From an uncultured Planctomycetaceae bacterium (GTDB lineage Bacteria > Planctomycetota > Planctomycetia > Planctomycetales > Planctomycetaceae), in contig CAXBME010000036.1 of NCBI GenBank assembly GCA_963976765.1, positions 9,461-73,460 on the forward strand: a stretch of 64,000 nucleotides of DNA. The letters are read 5' to 3'. The stretch's first letter is position 1; the number at the start of each line of letters is the position of its first letter. This document shows, in pieces, positions 29,690-39,955 of this stretch. The position numbers and the translations under genes are program-made. Under the pieces are notes generated by a model that had not been told where the DNA came from, ran no database searches, and saw only the letters and a program-made list of their open reading frames with translations.

Positions 29690-31177
29690 CTACAGCCCCA
29701 CAGCCAGAAGGCCTTCTCGCGTTCGGAAATAAATCGTTCCGTCGGCTACGGCTGGTGTGCCAAGAATGGGTGAGCCCAGATCGTTTACGCTGAGGATATC
29801 GAGTTCTTCTGAGTTTCGCAGGACGACCACATTTCCATTCTCACCCGCGATAAAGATCTTTCCATCAGCCAGAACGGGCGAGGCGAAGTAGTCGCCGGCA
29901 TTCTGAATTCGGGCTGGGCCGTACAGGAGTTGCCCCGCTTTCGTGTCGAAGCAGGTCGCAATTCCACCGCCCTTAATGAGCAGCATTCGTCCATCGGTAA
30001 TCAGCGGCGAGACGATATGGTCGGTGTGTTTTGTCGGATGTTTCCATAGAACGTGTGTCGCCGTGACATCTCCTCGCCCGCCGCCACGGACTGCCAGAAT
30101 GTATTCCGCCGCTGCTTCGGAATCATCGAACGATGCACCAGCAAAATTGTCAGGATGCAGAAACGCGGCATCAAGCTCTGCTCCCTCAAGTACGCCGTCA
30201 TCGTTGGCATCGCCCTTGTCAAACGTTTTTCGAAAGAACGCCTCGGGAACGGGACGGTCGCCGACAAATGCCTGCACTTCCTCTTTCGTCAGCTTGCCGT
30301 CGCTGTTGCCTGTTTCGGCTCGATCGACCGACGCCAGCCACTGGTTCGCAATGCCGCCGCTTTGCAGCGAGATATAGATCACTCCGTTCTTCACAACGGG
30401 AGTTGTTTTAATATTTCGGAGCAGCGTTTTGGCACTCCACAGTCGCTTGCCGTTTTTCGGATCGTAACCGACGAGTAATCCTGTGCCGGCAACAACGATT
30501 TCGTCTCCGTGTCTGGTTTCGCAGATGACGGGATGGGAGTAGTTCACCGCCATGTCATTGCGATCGTCTTTCCAGCGAAGTTCGCCAGTCCGTTTGTCGA
30601 AGGCGTAAAATGCCGGCGCCAGATCGTCGTCCTGCACAAACAGCAGCAGGTCTTTGTAAAGAACCGGCGACATGCCCGCTCCCCACTTGAACACGAAGTA
30701 GGGAACCGGCAGCGGTTTGTGCCAGACGTCCGCTCCAGACTTCGCATCAAGAGCGACCATGCCGAGCGTCGCAAAGTAAAAGTAGACGCGTTCTGCATCG
30801 GCGGCTGGCGTCGTTGCCGCATGGCTGTTCGTTTTATGAACGGGGGCGATGTCACCAATCGGCCACTTGCGCAGCCAGAGCTGCTTTCCACTGGCCGCAT
30901 CGAAGGCGTAAAGCCCCATTGTCTTTTCATCGACCATTGCTGACGTAAAAACCCGACCAGCAGCGACGACCGGACAGCCGATTCCGTCTCCCAGCTTTTC
31001 GGACCAGCGAACGTTCTTTTCTGCCGAGAACTCTGCCGGCAGAGGTTTCGAAGCCATCGAGACCCCCGCGCAGTTGGGGCCTCTGAAGTGAGGCCAGTCT
31101 TCCGCGAAACCTGACCGCTGACACAGCCCCGCAATCAGCAGTTGCGCAATCAGCAGAGCATTTCCGGTTCGAAACAT
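29690..31177 (-). CDS. Secreted PQQ-like (BamB-type) beta-propeller repeat protein with an inserted EF-hand pair
   Basis: The signal peptide is followed by DWPHFRG, typical of this propeller family. EF-hand-like loops are NSDGKLTKEEV and DANDDGVLEGAELD. I moved the start to ATG 31177. Confidence 0.8.
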   Translation of the reverse strand: MFRTGNALLIAQLLIAGLCQRSGFAEDWPHFRGPNCAGVSMASKPLPAEFSAEKNVRWSEKLGDGIGCPVVAAGRVFTSAMVDEKTMGLYAFDAASGKQLWLRKWPIGDIAPVHKTNSHAATTPAADAERVYFYFATLGMVALDAKSGADVWHKPLPVPYFVFKWGAGMSPVLYKDLLLFVQDDDLAPAFYAFDKRTGELRWKDDRNDMAVNYSHPVICETRHGDEIVVAGTGLLVGYDPKNGKRLWSAKTLLRNIKTTPVVKNGVIYISLQSGGIANQWLASVDRAETGNSDGKLTKEEVQAFVGDRPVPEAFFRKTFDKGDANDDGVLEGAELDAAFLHPDNFAGASFDDSEAAAEYILAVRGGGRGDVTATHVLWKHPTKHTDHIVSPLITDGRMLLIKGGGIATCFDTKAGQLLYGPARIQNAGDYFASPVLADGKIFIAGENGNVVVLRNSEELDILSVNDLGSPILGTPAVADGTIYFRTREGLLAVGL

Positions 31178-31234
31178 GACACTCTCCCGCAATCTTGAGT
31201 TGATTCTCGAACGTACGATGAAAAACCTGTCTTG

Positions 31235-32635
31235 CTATTCGCCAGTTCCGCCCTGCCAGTTGTCCGTCTGAAATGGCGATGCTGGCAACCCTTCACTGTT
31301 CATCAGGTTGGGGTTTGCCAGCTTGTGCCAGCCGAACCGAACATTTCTGGGCTCGGCCACTTTGGACGATGAGACGACGACAGTGTCGCCGTCAATCTTC
31401 GCTTCTGCATTGACGAAGTTGCCATCCGCGCCGGCGATCTGGAATTCAGACAGCGCCGCGTCGTCCCGCGATTTCAATCCGGCAGCGACATGTGCGAACT
31501 CCACGCGAATGGAATTTCCGTCGACTTTCATCGACTTGAAAAGCGGACCGGAATAGACGACGCCTTTCTTTCCGTAAGTTTTTGCCAGGGCCCATCGCGC
31601 CAGGCGATTGCCGACGTCCAGTTTGTTTCGAGGGTGGATGTCCCCGATGTTGTCAACAAGGTCCGTTGTGACTGCCATGCCGGTTCGAGGAATCTTCAGA
31701 CTGGCCGTTTGAGCTTCCCACAATGCTGGCAGCTGACCGGGCTCGTAACGCTCACCGGACCACGGAGCGATCTGCACAAAGTAAAATGGCAGCTCTGAAC
31801 TCCACGTCTTACGCCAGCCTTCGATCAGATCTTTTGTCTTGTCGAAGTACGCCAGGCCATTCTTGCCGATCACGTTCGTTTCGCCCTGGTACCAGATGGC
31901 ACCTCGCACGCCGAACGGCTGCAGTGGCGCGATCATTCCGTTGTACATCCCGCCGGAACTTTTTTCCGTCACGGTCCACGGCTCAATCGGAGAACCGCCC
32001 CACGAGCTGTTGATCAGTCCGACTGGCACGTCAATCTCTTCGTGGACTTTGCGGCCAAAGTAGTAAAGCACACCCGAGAACGCCGGAACGGATTCGGGAG
32101 TGCAGGCCGTCCAGTGAGCCGTCACTTCGACGTCGTCTGCCGGCGCCGGTTTCTGAACCTTCTTCACGTGGAAGAGGCGAATGTTGGGATGCTTTGCCGC
32201 AGCGATAGCTTCGGCGGCTCCGATGGTATTTCGCAGTTGCCATTCCATATTCGACTGCCCCGAGCCGACCCAGACCTCACCGATCAGAATATCCTCAAGA
32301 GTTACGGTGTTGTTCCCGGCGACGGTCAGCGTGTGTGCCTTCCCGTCAGACTTCATCGCGGGTAGCGAGACTTTCCATTTGCCGTTTGCATCGGCTGTTG
32401 CCGTCGCGGTTGCGTCGCCGATTGAAACAGTCACTTTCTCGCCAGCGTCGGCCCAACCCCAGACGGGAATCGGCATGTCTCGCTGCAGAACCATGTGGCT
32501 GTTCAATACCGATGGAAGCTTCACATCAGCACGCAGCGTCGGCGTGTCGACTAATGCGAACGTGGCGAGTATCCCTGCAAAGATTACCGCCAACCGAAAC
32601 CTCATCGATCGCCAGACGTTACTGAAGTCAGCCAT
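31235..32635 (-). CDS. Sialate O-acetylesterase-family (SGNH-type) carbohydrate esterase
   Basis: It has a signal peptide, the GEVWVGSGQSNMEW catalytic-Ser motif and a downstream WYQGE motif. Confidence 0.85.
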   Translation of the reverse strand: MADFSNVWRSMRFRLAVIFAGILATFALVDTPTLRADVKLPSVLNSHMVLQRDMPIPVWGWADAGEKVTVSIGDATATATADANGKWKVSLPAMKSDGKAHTLTVAGNNTVTLEDILIGEVWVGSGQSNMEWQLRNTIGAAEAIAAAKHPNIRLFHVKKVQKPAPADDVEVTAHWTACTPESVPAFSGVLYYFGRKVHEEIDVPVGLINSSWGGSPIEPWTVTEKSSGGMYNGMIAPLQPFGVRGAIWYQGETNVIGKNGLAYFDKTKDLIEGWRKTWSSELPFYFVQIAPWSGERYEPGQLPALWEAQTASLKIPRTGMAVTTDLVDNIGDIHPRNKLDVGNRLARWALAKTYGKKGVVYSGPLFKSMKVDGNSIRVEFAHVAAGLKSRDDAALSEFQIAGADGNFVNAEAKIDGDTVVVSSSKVAEPRNVRFGWHKLANPNLMNSEGLPASPFQTDNWQGGTGE

Positions 32636-32797
32636 TGTCGTCCCTTTCGAGCACCAGGTTGCGTTTCTTAAGAAGCGTCATGAGACTTTGGACGCAGCGA
32701 CCGCTCTGCCCGCTGTCGACCGGATCGCATTCTGGTAACTTCAGCCGACGCTGTGAACTGACTGCACCGACAAAGCGAAACAATTCAGGTGACACTC

Positions 32798-33469
32798 ATG
32801 CCCGTGAACATCGTCTGCCCCTGTGGACACACCGTGAAGATTCCCGACGAGCTGGTGAAAACCCGGATCAAATGCCCGGTCTGCGGAGAGCTGTTTTCGA
32901 CCAGTCCTGCACCGCCAGAAAATCAGTCTGGCCGGACATCGGTTCCGCCATCCGACAAACATGCCAGCCCCGCGCCGGCCCCGGTGGTTCCACCGAAATC
33001 TGCCACCGCGGGGTCTTCCAGGCCGAAGGCCACGACAATGAATTCAGACCAGCCTGCAACAGACGAACCATCCGGAACAGCATCAAGTTTTCATGCGAAA
33101 GGCGGCTTTATGACCGCCGGGCTGCCGATTCCGTCGTTCTTCACGAAGACATCGGTGACCCTGCTGCCCGAGCGAGTCCACATCAAAGCCGCCGGGCTTT
33201 TCAGTTCTCGACGTCTCGATCTGAGACTGTCCGAAGTCACCTCCGTCGAAACTCGCCAATGCCCCGACTGGTCCCTGTTTCTGCTTGGAGTTCTGCTCCT
33301 GCCAGCAAACGGAGCGGGGCTGATTCTTCTAATCGCGTTCCTGTTCATCCGACATTCGTATCTCATCCTGAAATGTGGAACCGCAACCGCCGCCATCCGT
33401 TTCAACGACGACGACATCGACGCCTGCGCCATCGGCGACGCAATTCTTCAGGCGGCTCAGACTGCATGA
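32798..33469 (+). CDS. Hypothetical protein: N-terminal zinc ribbon, disordered Pro/Ser linker, C-terminal membrane-embedded domain
   Basis: CPCGHTVKIPDELVKTRIKCPVCG is a CxC...CxxC ribbon. There is a low-complexity linker and a hydrophobic hairpin (WSLFLLGVLLLPANGAGLILLIAFLFI). Confidence 0.6.
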   Translation: MPVNIVCPCGHTVKIPDELVKTRIKCPVCGELFSTSPAPPENQSGRTSVPPSDKHASPAPAPVVPPKSATAGSSRPKATTMNSDQPATDEPSGTASSFHAKGGFMTAGLPIPSFFTKTSVTLLPERVHIKAAGLFSSRRLDLRLSEVTSVETRQCPDWSLFLLGVLLLPANGAGLILLIAFLFIRHSYLILKCGTATAAIRFNDDDIDACAIGDAILQAAQTA

Positions 33470-33666
33470 ATCCACTCCCTGGAGCCTGTCAGCGGATTAC
33501 AAATTGATCGCCGTTCGCCTGTGAGGTGTCGTTGAGGTGGAACGTTTTCATCGGACAGATCCCGTGAGGCCAAAGGTCTGGGGGATGAGCAGGTGGGGCA
33601 GGGGACTCATCGTAAAATCGGGCTCGTCGAGTTGGCGTGGCCACTTCACACCTGGACCACTCAACA

Positions 33667-34662
33667 TCAGCCACCGATTGAATACATCGGGCGATCCGGC
33701 TGAATGAACTTAGCCGTGTTGATTTCGTGACCTTCCATCTTGGCTGTAATAGAAGCTCGAACGGCTTCGATGATCGTTCGGTCGTCTGTCCCACCGCGAA
33801 GCATGGCCTTCAGGTCTGTTTCTTCCAGGCTGAAGAGACAGTTTCTCAGTTTACCGTCGGCTGTGATTCGAAAACGGTTGCAGTTCATGCAGAACGGCTG
33901 GCTGACGGACGCGATAAAGCCGACTCGACCGATACCGTCTTCAAATTGGAATTCAGTGGCCGGAGTGCTTGGGGCATGATCACCGATCGGGACAAGTGGC
34001 ATAATCTCGCGAGTGAGGCATTCGATGATTTCAGCAGCGAACAGAACTTTGTCGCGTTCCCAGGCGTTGTCAGCGTCGAGTGGCATGAATTCGATGAAGC
34101 GAACATCAACGTCGGTATCACGAGCGAACTGGCCAAACGGGACGACCTGATCTTCAGTCATACCTCGGATCGAAACAGCGTTTACCTTGACCGGGTTGAA
34201 GCCAACTTCCTTGGCGATATGGATACTTTCAACGACTTTTTCGTAGCCTTCCCGGCGAGTGATTTCCTTGAACTTGCCAGCGTCGAGTGCGTCGAGGCTG
34301 ATGTTCACCCGGCTGAGGCCTGCGTCGAACAGTTGCTGAGCCTGTTCACCGAACAGAATGCCGTTCGTGGTGAGGCCAATGTCAGAGATGCCTTCGATCC
34401 TGACGAGTTTCTCAATCAGTTGATGCAGATCTCGGCGAACGAGCGGTTCTCCGCCCGTGAGTCGAATTTTGTTGACGCCGAGCGGTGCGACGATGCGCAC
34501 GAATCGTTCGATTTCCTCGAAGCTGAGGAGGTCGGCTCGATTCATGAACTCGACGTTTTCAGCCGGCATGCAATAAAAGCAGCGAATGTTGCAGCGATCC
34601 GTCACGCTGATGCGCAGGTTGTTGTGAACTCTGCCAAAGCTATCGATGAGTGTGTCGGGCAT
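33667..34662 (-). CDS. moaA: GTP 3',8-cyclase (molybdenum cofactor biosynthesis protein A)
   Basis: LRISVTDRCNIRCFYCMP is the radical SAM cluster. A C-terminal second-cluster region (CMNCNRFRITADGKLRNC) is present and the protein ends SIGG. Confidence 0.95.
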   Translation of the reverse strand: MPDTLIDSFGRVHNNLRISVTDRCNIRCFYCMPAENVEFMNRADLLSFEEIERFVRIVAPLGVNKIRLTGGEPLVRRDLHQLIEKLVRIEGISDIGLTTNGILFGEQAQQLFDAGLSRVNISLDALDAGKFKEITRREGYEKVVESIHIAKEVGFNPVKVNAVSIRGMTEDQVVPFGQFARDTDVDVRFIEFMPLDADNAWERDKVLFAAEIIECLTREIMPLVPIGDHAPSTPATEFQFEDGIGRVGFIASVSQPFCMNCNRFRITADGKLRNCLFSLEETDLKAMLRGGTDDRTIIEAVRASITAKMEGHEINTAKFIQPDRPMYSIGG

Positions 34663-34732
34663 TGGAACGGCCGAGTTGTTAGATTCGTTGGTGAGAGCAG
34701 CGTTTCCTGTTGAGCGGCAAATACTGATCGAG

Positions 34733-35215
34733 TTATCGGGTGACAGGATTTTCTGCCACTGGTTCGCCGGTTCCCGGGTGAACCCATTCGGTGCTACCGT
34801 CAGACCAGTTTTCTTTTTTCCAGACGGGAACTGTGATCTTAAGCGTGTCGATCAGGAACTTGCCAGCTTCGAAAGCCAGTTCGCGATGAGGGCTGCTGAC
34901 GGCCACGGCGACGCTGATTTCGCCGAGTTCGAGATGTCCGAGGCGGTGGATGATTCCGACATTCGTAACCGGCCATCGTTCGCGAACCTCGGCTTCGAGT
35001 TCCTCCATTTTGGCGATGGCCATTTCCGGGAAGGCGTCGTAGTCGAGTGCCAGCGTCTGTCGTCCGTCCGTCATTTCCCGGACTGTTCCCAGGAACAGAA
35101 CAACTGCGCCGGCCTGGTTCGAGCGGATTTCTTCGGTCAGAGCCTGGTAGTCAATGATTTCGTTCGTCAGTTCAACCATCTGAAGTTGATCCTGCTGGTT
35201 GTGGAGCCAGGCCAT
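34733..35215 (-). CDS. moaE: Molybdopterin synthase catalytic subunit
   Basis: GAVVLFLGTVRE ... IIHRLGHLELGEISVAVAVSSPHR ... PVWKKE are MoaE signatures. It lies directly upstream of moaA on the same strand. Confidence 0.85.
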   Translation of the reverse strand: MAWLHNQQDQLQMVELTNEIIDYQALTEEIRSNQAGAVVLFLGTVREMTDGRQTLALDYDAFPEMAIAKMEELEAEVRERWPVTNVGIIHRLGHLELGEISVAVAVSSPHRELAFEAGKFLIDTLKITVPVWKKENWSDGSTEWVHPGTGEPVAENPVTR

Positions 35216-35250
35216 TGCTCCACGTTAAGCAATCAGCTCAGCGCAGAAGA

Positions 35251-35283
35251 AATGGCCTGCCGGTGAGATTCCGACAGGCCATT
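35251..35283 (-). terminator. Hairpin downstream of the 35343-36668 oxidoreductase gene
   Basis: AATGGCCTG / CAGGCCATT form a 9-bp stem with a 15-nt loop, followed on the minus strand by TCTTCT. A second 8-bp hairpin (GTTAAAGA/TCTTTAAC) lies just upstream. Confidence 0.45.
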
Positions 35284-35342
35284 GTAATCGCCTGGTTCGT
35301 TAAAGAGCCAACGCTGGTCGGTTCTTTAACTGATTGAGGTCG

Positions 35343-36668
35343 TTAGACAGTCTTCGTGACGCCAGGAATGGCGATCGGATAGAAGCCGTCTTCGTTCGGA
35401 GTGACCTTGGGCATTGTGTCCCAAGTGTAGGTTTCCGGCATCAGGTCGATTTTGGAATTAAGTGCGTCTTCCCACTTGACCTTTTTGCCACCGTAAACAG
35501 CCATACGGCCCATGATTGCGGTCAGAGTGCTGTTGGCACCGTACTCGCCTTCATTGTACGGGGTGTTGTTACGGATTGCGGCGAACAGATCGTCATGCTC
35601 AGTCTGGTATGGGTTATTCTTTGGAGTCTTGCGACCGTAGTCCCAGGCGTTTGCTCCGGAAATTTTTGCTCCGCTGATATCGGCAGTACCCTTGCTGCCA
35701 TGAGCGTGCTCAGTGACGCTGTTTTCGCAGCCACGAATGTGACGGCACTGGCTGAACATCTTGGTGCCATCGTCGTAGGTGTATTCGACGGCGAAGTGGT
35801 CGAAGATTTCTCCGTACTTCTTGTCGGTACGAACCTGCCGTCCGCCCATCCCCTGGCATTCTACCGGGTGGCTGTTGCCTTTTACCCAGTTGCAGACGTC
35901 AAGGTTGTGGATGTGCTGCTCGCAAATGTGGTCGCCACACAGCCATGTGTAGTAGTACCAGTTGCGAAGCTGGTATTCCATTTCGCCGCTGACCTGATCG
36001 CGGGACTTGCGAGGATCCCAGACGCCACCACCGTTCCAGTAGCATCGCATGGCGATGACATCGCCGATCTGGTCGTCCCAGATTCGTTTCAGGGTTTCGA
36101 GGTACGTTTTTTGATGGTGTCGTTGCAGGCCGACACCGATTTTCAGGTCTTTCTCTTTGGCGACTTTTACCGCTTCGAGAACTTTTCGAACGCCAGGAGC
36201 GTCCGTGGCGACGGGTTTTTCCATGAAGACGTGCTTGCCGGCAGCGACAGCAGCTTCGACATGGATCGGGCGGAAGCCAGGTGGCGTTGCCAGGATGACG
36301 AGGTCAACTTCCGGCATCGCCATGACTTTTTTGTAGGCGTCAAAGCCGGTGAATTGATGATCCTTGTCAACAGCTACCCGGTCGCCGTGTGCCTTCTGGA
36401 GAGTCGGAAGTTTGGCGTCGATGTGGTCCTGGAAAGCGTCGGCGATGGCGACGAGTTTGACAGGGCCAGCCGTGCTGAGTGCTTGCTGAGCAGCTCCGGT
36501 TCCACGTCCACCTGCACCGATCAGGGCAATTCGAATAGTGTCGTCATTTCCGGCGAACGCGCCGCGTGGGAGTGCAAGGCTGGCGAAAGCGCTGGCTCCT
36601 GCTGCTGCGGCAGTGGATGACTTGATGAAATCGCGGCGTGAGCTGGCGCTTGGGTTCGTGTCAGTCAT
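35343..36668 (-). CDS. Gfo/Idh/MocA-family oxidoreductase with a twin-arginine signal
   Basis: The TAT motif is [19 protein letters not shown]. The Rossmann segment is [16 protein letters not shown]. Confidence 0.9.
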   Translation of the reverse strand: MTDTNPSASSRRDFIKSSTAAAAGASAFASLALPRGAFAGNDDTIRIALIGAGGRGTGAAQQALSTAGPVKLVAIADAFQDHIDAKLPTLQKAHGDRVAVDKDHQFTGFDAYKKVMAMPEVDLVILATPPGFRPIHVEAAVAAGKHVFMEKPVATDAPGVRKVLEAVKVAKEKDLKIGVGLQRHHQKTYLETLKRIWDDQIGDVIAMRCYWNGGGVWDPRKSRDQVSGEMEYQLRNWYYYTWLCGDHICEQHIHNLDVCNWVKGNSHPVECQGMGGRQVRTDKKYGEIFDHFAVEYTYDDGTKMFSQCRHIRGCENSVTEHAHGSKGTADISGAKISGANAWDYGRKTPKNNPYQTEHDDLFAAIRNNTPYNEGEYGANSTLTAIMGRMAVYGGKKVKWEDALNSKIDLMPETYTWDTMPKVTPNEDGFYPIAIPGVTKTV

Positions 36669-36758
36669 GGAGTTCTCCAGAATCGGAATTAAGTGGGAAA
36701 GTGGTAATCAACGAGGATTCGACAACAACAGCTCAACGTTTCTCTGGCGTCGAGATCG

Positions 36759-37802
36759 TTAGCCTGCCCGACCTTGTGCTGCGATCTCAGGTTCAGGATC
36801 GAACTTGAGTTTCGTTCGTTCTTTCTGTGTTGGCGGGTTTAACGGGCGAATCACGCGGAAGCCAACATGCAGCGCATCGGTGTGATACCAGATGCTTTTT
36901 GGGATCTGTGGATCCTGAAATTTCCATTCAGGATCGGAAGCGTAACGTGCTGCACTTCGCAGTCCGTCAGGGTCGTCGTCCCAGGAGCCGCCTCGAACAA
37001 TGCGAGGATACATGTCCGTTGGCACGTTGAGTGGTGACTTGCCGGCGCCTTTGGCGTACCAGTCGGCGTCGTAGCGGTCGAGCACCCACTCAGACACGTT
37101 GCCGTGCATGTCATAAAGTCCCCAGGGGTTAGGTTTCTTCTCGCCAACCTTGTGATACTGCTCGTCACTGTTGTCGTAGAACCAGCCGTAATCATCGAGG
37201 GCATCTGGATCATCACCGAATGAATAGGCAGTCGACGTTCCGGCTCGGCAGGCGTATTCCCACTCAGCTTCGGTCGGGAGCCGGTAGTAGTGGCCGGTTT
37301 TTTCGCTGAGCCAACGGCAGTACATCTTGGCTGCGTGTTGCGTCATGCAGATCGCCGGGTATCCATCGTGCCCCATTCCGAATGTCATGTCAGTGTAAGG
37401 CGGCGTTGGACGTGTTACCGCGTCCGACAATTTGTCACGGTCAGTCGGATTGGTACCGGCGATTTTTCGACGCTGAATGTCCAGTCGGAAGCTCCAGACG
37501 TCGTACTCGTCCCAGGTGACTTCGTATTTGCCCATCCAGAACGGTTCGATTTTGACTTTAACCCGCGGCCCTTCGTCTTCCTTGCGGTCGGCTTCTGATT
37601 CGGGACTGCCCATCAAATACTCACCACCGGGGATTGGAACCATGTCAAACTTGACATCAATGCCCGTTACTTCCTCCGTGTAAGGCTTCATCGTCGACTG
37701 GTCAGTCTGCTTGTCGTCTGCCACAGCCAGTTGACTTGAGCCGAGCACGTTTGCGACAAACATTCCGTAAACGAAGGCGGGAAGTATCCATTGAGGTTTC
37801 AT
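36759..37802 (-). CDS. Formylglycine-generating enzyme (SUMF1/FGE-sulfatase) family protein, secreted
   Basis: [62 protein letters not shown] and RGGSW are present. I moved the start to ATG 37802, which gives a signal peptide ([21 protein letters not shown]). Confidence 0.85.
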   Translation of the reverse strand: MKPQWILPAFVYGMFVANVLGSSQLAVADDKQTDQSTMKPYTEEVTGIDVKFDMVPIPGGEYLMGSPESEADRKEDEGPRVKVKIEPFWMGKYEVTWDEYDVWSFRLDIQRRKIAGTNPTDRDKLSDAVTRPTPPYTDMTFGMGHDGYPAICMTQHAAKMYCRWLSEKTGHYYRLPTEAEWEYACRAGTSTAYSFGDDPDALDDYGWFYDNSDEQYHKVGEKKPNPWGLYDMHGNVSEWVLDRYDADWYAKGAGKSPLNVPTDMYPRIVRGGSWDDDPDGLRSAARYASDPEWKFQDPQIPKSIWYHTDALHVGFRVIRPLNPPTQKERTKLKFDPEPEIAAQGRAG

Positions 37803-37915
37803 GAATATCAGGTTTCCATCAGCAAAGGCGATGATTGTCGGATGCGAACTCTGGCGAGGGAGGTAGGATTGCCGAAGTGTCCTGCGGTTTATCCGACGTG
37901 AATTGAGCAAGTTCC

Positions 37916-39016
37916 ATGAACAGACTTACTCGGCGAATTTTCGGTTTCAGCTGTGCCTTTGTGATGGCGATTGCTGCCTTCACGCAGGCCGAAGCCGACG
38001 ACACGCATCTTCGACGATTTGACTTTGAACGCGTCGAAATGGGCGTGATTTTTCGGCTGTCAGTGTACGGCTCGGATTCTGGCGTTGCAAACAAGGCTGC
38101 TGAAGCTGCATACGCTCGCATTCACATGCTCAACGGAATCTTTTCTGACTATGACGGTTCGAGTGAAGTTCGACGGTTGTGTGAGGCCTCTGGACCGAAC
38201 CGACCGATCAGGGTAAGTGACGAACTATGTACAGTTCTGCAGGCAAGTCTTCAGCTCTCACGTGATACCAACGGTGCATTTGACGTGACGGTGGGGCCAC
38301 TTACAAAGCTTTGGCGACGTGTGAGAAGACGTGAGATGATGCCAGAGCCGGATCAGCTGTCGGCAGCGCGAAAGTTGACGGGCTATAATCTGGTTCGGGT
38401 CGACTGTGAAGCGAAAACTGTGGAACTGGCGCTTACCGGGATGAGGCTCGACTTTGGCGGGATTGCCAAAGGATTTGCCGCTGATGAGGCACTGAGAGTT
38501 CTTCGAGAAAACGGTTTCAGACGAGCTTTGGTCGATGCTGGCGGCGATATCGTGGCGGGCGATCCACCACCGAACGCGGAATTCTGGGTGGTAGAAGTTG
38601 AGGCTTTGCGGCGGCGCGAACAGGGGGCGAGCTCTGTCGGGCATAAACAGGATGAATCTGATCAGGTCGGCCCGGCTCCACGCCTGAAAATCTGCAATCA
38701 GGCCGTTGCTACATCGGGAGACGCGTATCAAAGCGTCGTTATTGCAGGACGCCGATATTCCCACATCGTTGATCCGAAGACTGGCCTCGGACTGAATCAG
38801 CGAAGTAGTGTGACAATCATCGCTCCAACTGGAATGTTGGCCGACGGGTTTGCCTCTGCCGTCAGTGTGCTTGGGCCAGAAGCGGGAATTCAACTGCTTG
38901 AGCAGCCTGGACACCGTCGCACCGAGGGGTATGTCATGTATGCCGAAGGCGAATTGGACGACGTCACGGCGGTGGAGTCGTCAGGGCTACAGACCTTTCT
39001 GATCAAAGTTGAATGA
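37916..39016 (+). CDS. apbE: FAD:protein FMN transferase
   Basis: It has a signal peptide plus the ApbE motifs [14 protein letters not shown] and [14 protein letters not shown]. Confidence 0.9.
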   Translation: MNRLTRRIFGFSCAFVMAIAAFTQAEADDTHLRRFDFERVEMGVIFRLSVYGSDSGVANKAAEAAYARIHMLNGIFSDYDGSSEVRRLCEASGPNRPIRVSDELCTVLQASLQLSRDTNGAFDVTVGPLTKLWRRVRRREMMPEPDQLSAARKLTGYNLVRVDCEAKTVELALTGMRLDFGGIAKGFAADEALRVLRENGFRRALVDAGGDIVAGDPPPNAEFWVVEVEALRRREQGASSVGHKQDESDQVGPAPRLKICNQAVATSGDAYQSVVIAGRRYSHIVDPKTGLGLNQRSSVTIIAPTGMLADGFASAVSVLGPEAGIQLLEQPGHRRTEGYVMYAEGELDDVTAVESSGLQTFLIKVE

Positions 39017-39117
39017 TTCAGAAAGTCGTGTTTCGAGGGCCGTGCCTGCTGTGATAACTGTCGACACGTTTTGGATGTCAACGTCCTGCCATTTCAATTC
39101 GGGCACTGCGCATAGCA

Positions 39118-39146
39118 AAGCAGCCCACCGCAAAGGCAGGCTGCTT
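39118..39146. terminator. Hairpin between convergent apbE and csrA (possible bidirectional terminator)
   Basis: AAGCAGCC / GGCTGCTT form an 8-bp stem with a 13-nt loop, followed on + by CGTTTG and on - by TGCTATG. Confidence 0.5.
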
Positions 39147-39166
39147 CGTTTGTCATCATTCTGCGA

Positions 39167-39367
39167 TTACCTGGGAGCAGTTGGTCGGTGAGAAACCAGC
39201 TCGGCCTCTTCACTTTTCTCAGCACACAGCTCTTCCCGCACAATGTTCATGTCGCGTGGTGCATCAATCCCGAGTCGAACGGTATTTGGACCAATTCGCA
39301 CAATGGTAATCGCTACTTGATCACCAATCAGGATTCGTTCGCCTGGCTTCCTTGACAGTACCAACAT
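39167..39367 (-). CDS. csrA: Carbon storage regulator CsrA
   Basis: MLVLSRKPGERILIGDQVAITIVRIGPNTVRLGIDAPRDMNIVREEL is near-canonical CsrA. A strong GAGGAGG lies 7 nt upstream of the ATG. Confidence 0.92.
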   Translation of the reverse strand: MLVLSRKPGERILIGDQVAITIVRIGPNTVRLGIDAPRDMNIVREELCAEKSEEAELVSHRPTAPR

Positions 39368-39955
39368 TCTGTTGCCTCCTCACTGGAGTGTTCCACCTTT
39401 GCTTCCATGCTCTTCTGATATCACGCAGCAGTCTTCCGAGAGAAGAGTCCGCGATTTCGCCCGCGTGCGCTTCAAGGTACCACCCAGTTGAAGCGGCTGG
39501 ACTGCACAACATGAGCAGCCGGATATCGAGCAAACTGGCGGTCAGGATAACGTGACAGACTCGGATGTCCATTCATTTTCGTCGATTCTACAGAATTCGC
39601 GGTTCTCAGCAGGAGTTTGATTTGTTTGCATAACTTTCGGTAAACAAAGCGTTTGCGGACGGGCTGACTCCTGGGGAGAGCGGTTGGCTGAGCGAGAATA
39701 CGGCGGCAAATGGTGTTCTGGCAAGGTCTCCCGGCTGGAGAAGGCGAATGCGCCGCGAAGGCCGGTTCTACGAACCGTCTGGTGGGCGGCTATGTGCCGC
39801 GAATCGGCCAGTTCTCTGACAATGGATGCCTCAGTCGGCAAAGTGGCTTGAAGCAATGGCAGCCTTCTGTTGAAGTCCGTCCTCTATAAGCGGTTTGAAG
39901 CTCAGCCGACCGTAGATGCCGCCTTGGATTGAGTCGAATTTTCTGCCCGGAGCAA

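Noticed and set aside
35216-35342. Possible Moco riboswitch upstream of moaE-moaA.
   Set aside because: The 127-nt spacer is explained by two simple hairpins that act as the terminator region of the upstream oxidoreductase gene. I saw no Moco-motif-like multi-stem architecture. An Rfam scan would be decisive.
39368-39928. CsrB-like GGA-rich sRNA next to csrA.
   Set aside because: I counted about 10-12 GGA per strand in ~560 nt, near the random expectation of ~9. They are not arranged in regularly spaced hairpin loops.
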